Shown here one piece after another: positions 25,773 to 36,800 of a stretch of 51,139 nucleotides of DNA (positions are counted from its first letter, which is position 1; the number at the start of each line of letters is the position of its first letter). The stretch spans positions 1-51,139 of the forward strand of contig UYFQ01000634.1 in assembly GCA_900617105.1 (NCBI GenBank), read 5' to 3'. Made by a program: the position numbers and the translations under genes. Under the pieces are notes generated by a model, which made no database searches, had not been told where the DNA came from, and worked only from the letters and a program-made list of their open reading frames with translations. The DNA is from Hydrurus foetidus. Its lineage: Eukaryota.

Positions 25773-25926
25773 GATCCGATCCGATCCGATCCGATCCGAT
25801 CCGATCCGATCCGATCCGATCCGATCCGATCCGATCCGATCCGATCCGATCCGATCCGATCCGATCCGATCCGATCCGATCCGATCCGATCCGATCCGAT
25901 CCGATCCGATCCGATCCGATCCGATC
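25773..25926. repeat. Perfect (GATCC)n pentanucleotide array, ~31 copies
   Basis: Directly visible; ~250 bp upstream of the cyclase start codon. Confidence 0.97.
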
Positions 25927-26245
25927 AGATCATTTTTTTGCCCTGACCAACCTGCGTACGGTGTACGGTGTAGTCTACGGTGTGGTGCGTACTGCATACC
26001 TGATGCCTGTAGAGTACGTACCGCAGTCCATATTCCCATCATTTGCGAAGCTGTATCCATCACAATCTGAGCTTATTGTTGAGAGATTTTCTCATCATAG
26101 AAGGAGCATCAGTTTGAAATTGACACTGGTTGAAAGAAAAAAGTCGAAATTCAGGAGAGAAATTGGGAAATGGTTACAGAAGAAAGGAGTCGAGAGGTAA
26201 GTTGGCAAAAATATTCAACAACGATTAGGATACCCATTGATAGCA

Positions 26246-26380
26246 ATGAAATAGAGAAAATAGATTGAAATAGAATAAAATAGAGTAGAATAGAATGGAA
26301 TAAAATAGAACAGATTTGATTAGAATAGAATAGTAGAATAGCACAGAATAGAACAGAGTAGATTAGCACAGAATAGAATG
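26246..26380. repeat. Degenerate (AATAG)n pentamer microsatellite
   Basis: Repeated aatag/aatagaat units. Confidence 0.85.
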
Positions 26381-26707
26381 GAGTGGTTTACCTATTGTTT
26401 ACCTATAAAATATTTGACCGTAAACGAGAAAATTTAGCCGGATCCCGTTAAAGTACCGTATAAGGAAATTCGTAAACGGTTATTTGAATACGGATTTTGA
26501 TCCATTTCCGTGTAATTCAGCTAATTAATTCTATTTCAGCACAGGGGTAGCACCCAACATTTAGACCCCCCTGGTTTGAAGCCTTTCCAGTCATCAGAAA
26601 AAATAAAAAAATAGCCTACATTTTTCTTCAGACACAGACGAGTTCAAAAAAACCTCAGGGTCCTAGAATTTTTTGAAATCAGGTGTGCTTATAAAGGTAA
26701 ACCACTC
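26381..26707. mobile_element. Putative MITE (327 bp) inserted in the AATAG microsatellite
   Basis: Perfect 13-bp inverted repeats GAGTGGTTTACCT (26381-26393) and AGGTAAACCACTC (26695-26707). Flanks are TG (left) and TA (right). Microsatellite sequence resumes on both sides. Confidence 0.6.
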
Positions 26708-26719
26708 TAGATGAAACCA

Positions 26720-26872
26720 GAGTAAAATAGAGTAGAACAAAACAAAATAAAATAAAATAAAAATAAAATAAAATAAAATAAAAATAAAATGAAATAAAAT
26801 GAAATAAAATGAAATAAAATGAAATAAAATAGAATAGAATAGAATAGAATAGAATAGAATAGAATAGAATAA
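26720..26872. repeat. (AAAAT)n / (AAATG) / (AATAG)n pentamer microsatellite
   Basis: Directly visible. Confidence 0.9.
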
Positions 26873-27327
26873 GACAGAACTTTTATACACATCAAAAAAA
26901 GAAAGTGGATCATAGGAGAAGACTTCAAAGGAGGAGCGGAACAATATTTTGGTCCCAAAGCTATGATAAAAAGAGGGAGGAGAGGAAGGAATTGAAGCAA
27001 TTGATTACATTAATGGTGAGCTTCAAATGAAGAAAAGAGGAGAAAAAAAGAAAGATTCGCAACATAATCTGTCTCCTGATGAGCTCTGCCTGAAAGAAAC
27101 AAAATATTGAGGGCGAAAATCCTTACCCTAATTCTCACGCTGACCTCAGACCTCAGATTCACTTTGAAATCGCATGGATGCACCATGTTGATTCTGGAAA
27201 TGATTGTTGTCCAAGCAGTATCATTCAATATGTCAATTTATTCCTCGAGCTATTTGACCGCCTCAGACTTTCTCTCCCAAGATTTGATATCATTTACGAA
27301 AGATATTATACATCATATAATTAGTTA

Positions 27328-27618
27328 TTCTTGGAAAAGAAATAGAGATTTTTAATTGCTGCTGAACTACTTATTATCGTATACATCGACATCAAATGTA
27401 ATAGGTGTGATATTCATAATGTTGTTCTTGGAAAAAGAAATGGAGATTTTTAATTGCTGCTGAACTACTTAATATTATATACATCGAAATCAAATGTTAT
27501 AGGTGTGATATTCATAATGTTGTTCTTGGAAAAAGAAATGGAGATTATTAACTGCTGCTGAACTACTTGATATTATATATATCGAAATCAAATGTAATAG
27601 GTGTGATATTCATAATGT
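27328..27618. repeat. Three tandem copies of a 97-98-bp unit
   Basis: Units start at 27328, 27425 and 27523 (TTCTTGGAAAA..GCTGCTGAACTACTT..AGGTGTGATATTCATAATGT) with a few substitutions. Confidence 0.9.
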
Positions 27619-27863
27619 ATGCCATCACAGAACGAAAACAAATAATAATTGCATGCATCAATTCGTCACTATCGACAGGAAAACTATCGCAATGTGACCA
27701 GATACCATGATCTACCTTACACTTGCCATAATGCGAGGATACTTCTCCACACAATATGGCAAAAACTTTATTCTAGTAGATGTCGTATAATTTGTGAAAT
27801 TTAAAAATATGCCTTTCCCTCGATGTCAAGGGACAGCTCTGCTTTGTGCAAGCAGCATTCATT

Positions 27864-30800
27864 CTAGAACTTATCGCGTCCTGCTACTTCAGAGACGTTC
27901 CTGGGATCAACACTTCCATCTTCATTTTCATTTTCAATCATGGAACTGGGCACAGTAGAAGTTGACATTTTTTTCTTGAGTGGCTTGCCATACAAACAAT
28001 ACACAATTGCAGCTAGCGCGAGCAAGACTAGAAAGCCCGAGATGGTACCAGCTATAATGGCGATGATGCGTTTGGATGGAACTGAATCTGAAGCCGAAAC
28101 TGGAGTCGAAAGTGAAATGGAATTGCATGGATTGGTGTTAATAAGATGTCAAGTAAGAAAAGGGCGAAAGTTCACAGAAGAAACAAACAGTATGCAGCAG
28201 CGACTTGACTGAAACTTCACTTCAGTGCAGTGATGGAGTAGTTGATAGAAGGGAAAATACAATTCGAAATAATCTGTTTTTCAAAAGAGGATGTCCCGTC
28301 CTTTTATTCATCAAACGCCACCGCCTCTCAGATATACCATCACACGAAACCATCATACATAAAAATTAAACACAACACATATCATTACACCACACCACAT
28401 CACATCACAACACAACACATCACATCAAGGCACATCTCATCACGTTATGTCATATCATATCACGTCTAACAGAATCACTTCACATCTACTAAGTCACATC
28501 ACATCCAATCATATAGCATCACATCGTACCTTGTCACATCACATCACATCACATCACGTTATGCCATATCAAGTCTAACAGAATCACTTCACATCTACTA
28601 AGTCACATCACATCCAATCATATAGCATCACATCGTACCTTGTCACATCACATCAAGGCACATCACATCACATCAAGGCACATCTCATCACGTTATGTCA
28701 TATCATATCACGTCTAACAGAATCACTTCATATCTACTAAGTCACATCACATCCAGTCATATAGCATCACATCGTACCTTGTCACATCACATCACATCAC
28801 AACACATCACATCACATCACATCAAGGCACATCTCATCACGTTATGTCATATCAAGTCTAACAGAATCACTTCACATCTGGTAAGTCACATCATATCCAG
28901 TCATATAGCATCACATCGTACCTTGTCACATCACATCACATCACAACACATCACATCTCATCACGTTATGTCATATCAAGTCTAACAGAATCACTTCACA
29001 TCTACTAAGTCACATCACATCCAATCATATAGCATCACATCGTACCTTGTCACATCACATCACATCAAGGCACATCTCATCACGTTATGTCATATCATAT
29101 CACATCTAACAGAATCACTTCATATCTACTAAGTCACATCACATCCAATCATATAGCATCACATCGTACCTTGTCACATCACATCACACCACATCACAAC
29201 ACATCACATCTCATCACGTTATGTCATATCATATCACGTCTAACAGAATCACTTCACATCTACTAAGTCACATCACATCCAATCATATAGCATCACATCG
29301 TACCTTGTCACATCACATCACACCACATCACAACACATCACATCTCATCACGTTATGTCATATCATATCACGTCTAACAGAATCACTTCACATCTACTAA
29401 GTCACATCACATCCAATCATATAGCATCACATCGTACCTTGTCACATCACATCACATCAAGGCACATCTCATCACGTTATGTCATATCATATCACGTCTA
29501 ACAGAATCACTTCACATCTACTAAGTCACATCACATCCAATCATATAGCATCACATCGTACCTTGTCACATCACATCACATCACATCACATCACATCACA
29601 TCTCATCACGTTATGTCATATCATATCACGTCTAACAGAATCACTTCACATCTACTAAGTCACATCACATCCAATCATATAGCATCACATCGTACCTTGT
29701 CACATCACATCACATCAAGGCACATCTCATCACGTTATGTCATATCATATCACGTCTAACAGAATCACTTCACATCTACTAAGTCACATCACATCCAATC
29801 ATATAGCATCACATCGTACCTTGTCACATCACATCACATCACATCACATCACATCACATCTCATCACGTTATGTCATATCATATCACGTCTAACAGAATC
29901 ACTTCACATCTACTAAGTCACATCACATCCAATCATATAGCATCACATCGTACCTTGTCACATCACATCACATCAAGGCACATCTCATCACGTTATGTCA
30001 TATCATATCACGTCTAACAGAATCACTTCATATCTACTAAGTCACATCACATCCAATCATATAGCATCACATCGTACCTTGTCACATCACATCACATCAA
30101 GGCACATCTCATCACGTTATGTCATATCATATCACGTCTAACAGAATCACTTCACATCTACTAAGTCACATCACATCCAATCATATAGCATCACATCGTA
30201 CCTTGTCACATCACATCACATCACATCACATCACATCACATCACATCACGTTATGTCATATCATATCACGTCTAACAGAATCACTTCACATCTACTAAGT
30301 CACATCACATCCAATCATATAGCATCACATCGTACCTTGTCACATCACATCACATCAAGGCACATCTCATCACGTTATGTCATATCATATCACGTCTAAC
30401 AGAATCACTTCACATCTACTAAGTCACATCACATCCAATCATATAGCATCACATCGTACCTTGTCACATCACATCACACCACATCACAACACATCACATC
30501 TCATCACGTTATGTCATATCATATCACGTCTAACAGAATCACTTCACATCTACTAAGTCACATCACATCCAATCATATAGCATCACATCGTACATCACAT
30601 CACATCAAGGCACATCTCATCACGTTATGTCATATCATATCACGTCTAACAGAATCACTTCATATCTACTAAGTCACATCACATCCAATCATATAGCATC
30701 ACATCGTACCTTGTCACATCACATCACAACACATCACATCTCATCACGTTATGTCATATCATATCACATCTAACAGAATCACTTCACATCTACTAAGTCA

Positions 30801-33800
30801 CATCACATCCAATCATATAGCATCACATCGTACCTTGTCACATCACATCACATCAAGGCACATCTCATCACGTTATGTCATATCATATCACGTCTAACAG
30901 AATCACTTCACATCTACTAAGTCACATCACATCCAATCATATAGCATCACATCGTACCTTGTCACATCACATCAAGGCACATCTCATCACATCACACCAC
31001 ATTACGACACATCTCATCTCATCACGTTATGTCATATCATATCACGTCTAACAGAATCACTTCACATCTACTAAGTCACATCACATCCAGTCATATAGCA
31101 TCACATCGTACCTTGTCACATCACATCACATCACATCACAACACATCACATCTCATCACGTTATGTCATATCATATCACATCTAACAGAATCACTTCACA
31201 TCTACTAAGTCACATCACATCCAATCATATAGCATCACATCGTACCTTGTCACATCACATCACATCAAGGCACATCTCATCACGTTATGTCATATCATAT
31301 CACGTCTAACAGAATCACTTCACATCTAGTAAGTCACATCACATCCAATCATATAGCATCACATCGTACCTTGTCACATCACATCAAGGCACATCTCATC
31401 ACATCACACCACATTACGACACATCTCATCTCATCACGTTATGTCATATCATATCACGTCTAACAGAATCACTTCACATCTACTAAGTCACATCACATCC
31501 AGTCATATAGCATCACATCGTACCTTGTCACATCACATCAAGGCATATCACATCACATCACACCACATTACGACACATCTCATCTCATCACGTTATGCCA
31601 TATCATATCACGTCTAACAGAATCACTTCACATCTACTAAGTCACATCACATCCAATCATATAGCATCACATCGTACCTTGTCACATCACATCAAGGCAC
31701 ATCACATCACATCAAGGCACATCTCATCACGTTATGTCATATCAAGTCTAACAGAATCACTTCACATCTACTAAGTCACATCACATCCAATCATATAGCA
31801 TCACATCGTACCTTGTCACATCACATCGCATCACAAAACATCACATCACATTACATCATATTGCACCTCCCTACGTCATACAAAATCATAACCTATCATA
31901 TCATAACCTATCATATCATATCATATCATATTATATAACATCACATCTGACTGCATCAGATGACGCTACATATCATCTAACAAATTATCTCACATCACAA
32001 AACATGATATCGAGTCACATCATGTCATACCGCACCATACCGTACCGTACCGTACCAAATCATATCACATAATATCGCATCGCATCACATCATGTCGTAC
32101 CGTACCGTACCAAATCATATCACATAATATCGCATCGCATCACATCATGTCATACCGTACCGTACCACTTCATATCACATAATATCGTATAATATTACAT
32201 GTTTCAGTCGGTGCCATTGAGGGAGAATATTTAGTTGGAGCGATCGAGGGAGAATATCCAGTTGGAGCGATCGAGGGAGAATATCCAGTTGGAGCGATCG
32301 AGGGAGAATATCCAGTTGGAGCGATCGAGGGAGAATATCCAGTTGGAGCGATCGAGGGAGAATATCCAGTTGGAGCGATCGAGGGAGAATTAACAGCAGT
32401 AGTAGGAGTCCAAACAAAGTTCCTCACAACATAATTATCCTGGTCGGCAATATACATCATGCTAGAGGAGGCATCTAACACGACACTGTACGGAAAGCTA
32501 AGCATCGCTGATGTCGCTGGACCTCCATCACCGGCGTAGCCATACTTACCAGTGCCGGCGATCGTACTGATGATGCCTGTGCTTCTCTTGATCATGCGGA
32601 CAGCGTAGTTGTAAGTGTCGGCGATGTACAAGTCACCGGTACGCGGGTCCACATCAATTCCTTGCGGAGAAGATAAGGTGGCTAACCTTGCCAGTCCTCC
32701 ATCCCCAGTGTAACCTGACCGAGTGCTGTTGCCGGCGATGGTGGTTATGATGCCCGTGCTCTTTGTGACCATACGAATGGTACTACCATCAGCAATGTAG
32801 ATGTTGCCGTTGAGAGGGTCTGTTGCAACATCGTAGGGAGAAAACAATGTAGCTAATACTGCCAGCCCTCCGTCTCCACGATGGTAACTGTAACCTCCTC
32901 CCGCTATGGTTGTGATAATGCCAGTGGTTTTATTGATCATACGAATCACACGGCTTCCTGAATCAGCGACGTATAGATTGCCTGTCAAGGAATCAATCGA
33001 CATTCCTTGTGGGTAAAAAAAAAAGCTGTAGTAGCTTGTCGTCCATCCCCCAAGATACCGCGCGTGCCATTACCCGCATACGTGAAGATTGTGCCAGCTG
33101 TCGACAGTCCCGATTGTAGTGGGGTCACATGGGAGAGAGATGTAACGAAATAAGATGAGATGTCAGGTACCTATCAAAACACTCACGAGTATACGGGTCA
33201 ACTAGTTGAGCGCGCAAGCAATAACGATAACAGCGGGTAGTGATACAAGTTATGAAATGCCGTTTCGTTTCATGGCATCGAAATACGTTACGATACGAGG
33301 CAACACTTCGTTTTATCCAATGTATGTTATTTTCACTTCACTTTACCTGTGCCAGTCGGAGCCATCGTGGGAGGAGATATTGCTGTAGCAGATGCCCCGA
33401 CAATATTTCTGATGCTAGCGCCATCATTATCGGTAATGTATATCATGCCGGAGGACGCATCTACCGCGACACTTTTTGGCAGAAAGAGAGATGCATATAT
33501 GGCTGGTCCCCATTACCGCCGTAGTTACCATACCCAGTGCCAGCGATAGTAGTGATAATGCCTGTGCTTTTCGTGACTATCCGAATAGTGTCGCTGGAAG
33601 TGTCTGCAATTATTAAATTCCCGGATAATGCATCAACAGCCACACCACCGGGGAAAAAAAGTGAAGCCATGGTAGCAAGTCCTCCATCCCCACTGTGACC
33701 AGGAACACCGACACCTGCAATGGTAGTGATGATGCCTGTACTCTTCGTGACCATACGTATCGCGCTATTGTATGTGTCAGCGATGTAGATATTGCCCGTC

Positions 33801-36800
33801 GCGCCTTCGATTGCTATATCTTCCGGACCGTAGAACATCGCTGATGTCGCTGGACCTCCATCACCAGCGTAGCCACCCTTACCAGTGCCGGCGATCGTAC
33901 TGATGATGCCTGTGCTTCTCTTGATCATGCGGACAGCGTAGTTGTAAGTGTCCGCGATGTACAAGTCACCGGTACGCGGGTCCACATCAATTCCTTGCGG
34001 AGAAGATAAGGTGGCTAACCTTGCCAGTCCTCCATCCCCAGTGTAACCTGACCGAGTGCTGTTGCCGGCGATGGTGGTTATGATGCCCGTGCTCTTTGTG
34101 ACCATACGAATGGTACTACCATCAGCAATGTAGATGTTGCCGTTGAGAGGGTCTGTTGCAACATCGTAGGGAGAAAACAATGTAGCTAATACTGCCAGCC
34201 CTCCGTCTCCACGATGGTAACTGTAACCTCCTCCCGCTATGGTTGTGATAATGCCAGTGGTTTTATTGATCATACGAATCACACGGCTTCCTGAATCAGC
34301 GACGTATAGATTGCCTGTCAAGGAATCAATCGACATTCCTTGTGGGTAAAAAAAAAAGCTGTAGTAGCTTGTCGTCCATCCCCCAAGATACCGCGCATGC
34401 CATTACCCGCATACGTGAAGATTGTGCCAGCTGTCGACAGTCCCGATTGTAGTGGGGTCACATGGGAGAGAGATGTAACGAAATAAGATGAGATGTCAGG
34501 TACCTATCAAAACACTCACGAGTATACGGGTCAACTAGTTGAGCGCGCAAGCAATAACGATAACAGCGGGTAGTGATACAAGTTATGAAATGCCGTTTCG
34601 TTTCATGGCATCGAAATACGTTACGATACGAGGCAACACTTCGTTTTATCCAATGTATGTTATTTTCACTTCACTTTACCTGTGCCAGTCGGAGCCATCG
34701 TGGGAGGAGATATTGCTGTAGCAGATGCCCCGACAATATTTCTGATGCTAGCGCCATCATTATCGGTAATGTATATCATGCCGGAGGACGCATCTACCGC
34801 GACACTTTTTGGCAGAAAGAGAGATGCATATATGGCTGGTCCTCCATTACCGCCGTAGTTACCATACCCAGTGCCAGCGATAGTAGTGATAATGCCTGTG
34901 CTTTTCGTGACCATCCGAATAGTGTCGCTGTAAGTGTCTGCAATTATTAAATTGCCGGATGATGCATCAACAGCCACACTATCGGGGAAAAAAAGTGAAG
35001 CCATGGTTGCAAGTCCTCCATCCCCACTGTGACCAGGAACACCGACACCTGCAATGGTAGTTATGATGCCTGTACCCTTCGTTACCTTACGTATAGCGCT
35101 ATTGTATGTGTCAACGATGTAGATATTGCCCGTCGCGCCTTCGATTGCTATATCTTTCGGACCGTAAAACATCGCTGATGTCGCTGGACCTCCATCACCA
35201 GCGTAGCCACCCTCACCAGTGCCGGCGATCGTACTGATGATGCCTGTGCTTTTTTTGATCATGCGGACAGCATTGTTGTAAGTGTCGGCGATGTACAAGT
35301 CACCAGTACGCGGGTCCACATCAATTCCTTGTGGAGAAAATAAGGTGGCTAACGTTGCCAGTCCTCCATCCCCAGTGTAACCTGACCGAGTGCTGTTGCC
35401 GGCGATGGTGGTTATGATACCCGTGCTCTTTGTGATCATACGAATGGTATTATCGTCAGCAATGTAGATGTTGCCGTTGAGAGGGTCTGTTGCAACATCG
35501 TAGGGAAAAGGCAATGTAGCTAATACTGCCAGCCCTCCGTCTCCACGATGGTAACTGTAACCTCCTCCCGCTATGGTTGTGATAATGCCAGTGGTTTTAT
35601 TGATCATACGAATCACACGGCTTCCTGAATCAGCGACGTATAGATTGCCTGTCAAGGAATCAATCGACATTCCTTGTGGGTAAAAAAAAAAGCTGTAGTA
35701 GCTTGTCGTCCATCCCCCAAGATACCGCGCATGCCATTACCCGCATACGTGAAGATTGTGCCAGCTGTCGACAGTCCCGATTGTAGTGGGGTCACATGGG
35801 AGAGAGATGTAACGAAATAAGATGAGATGTCAGGTACCTATCAAAACACTCACGAGTATACGGGTCAACTAGTTGAGCGCGCAAGCAATAACGATAACAG
35901 CGGGTAGTGATACAAGTTATGAAATGCCGTTTCGTTTCATGGCATCGAAATACGTTACGATACGAGGCAACACTTCGTTTTATCCAATGTATGTTATTTT
36001 CACTTCACTTTACCTGTGCCAGTCGGAGCCATCGTGGGAGGAGATATTGCTGTAGCAGATGCCCCGACAATATTTCTGATGCTAGCGCCATCATTATCGG
36101 TAATGTATATCATGCCGGAGGACGCATCTACCGCGACACTTTTTGGCAGAAAGAGAGATGCATATATGGCTGGTCCCCATTACCGCCGTAGTTACCATAC
36201 CCAGTGCCAGCGATAGTAGTGATAATGCCTGTGCTTTTCGTGACTATCCGAATAGTGTCGCTGGAAGTGTCTGCAATTATTAAATTCCCGGATAATGCAT
36301 CAACAGCCACACCACCGGGGAAAAAAAGTGAAGCCATGGTAGCAAGTCCTCCATCCCCACTGTGACCAGGAACACCGACACCTGCAATGGTAGTGATGAT
36401 GCCTGTACTCTTCGTGACCATACGTATCGCGCTATTGTATGTGTCAGCGATGTAGATATTGCCCGTCGCGCCTTCGATTGCTATATCTTCCGGACCGTAG
36501 AACATCGCTGATGTCGCTGGACCTCCATCACCAGCGTAGCCACCCTTACCAGTGCCGGCGATCGTACTGATGATGCCTGTGCTTCTCTTGATCATGCGGA
36601 CAGCGTAGTTGTAAGTGTCCGCGATGTACAAGTCACCGGTACGCGGGTCCACATCAATTCCTTGCGGAGAAGATAAGGTGGCTAACGTTGCCAGTCCTCC
36701 ATCCCCAGTGTAACCTGACCGAGTGCTGTTGCCGGCGATGGTGGTTATGATGCCCGTGCTCTTTGTGACCATACGAATGGTACTACCATCAGCAATGTAG

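Noticed and set aside
25764..26063. ORF with (SDRIG)n
   Set aside because: Translation of the (GATCC)n microsatellite.
26151..27000. Hydrophobic FYSIL-repeat ORFs resembling membrane proteins
   Set aside because: Translations of AATAG/AAAAT microsatellites.
28465..31760. CTAACAG and TACTAAG branch-point or acceptor-like motifs in each satellite unit
   Set aside because: They are on the plus strand, whereas the host gene is transcribed from the minus strand.
28370..31830. CRISPR-like array (constant repeat plus variable spacer)
   Set aside because: The variable parts are rearranged pentamer words, not unique spacers. The core is too long, there are no cas genes, and the context is a eukaryotic intron.
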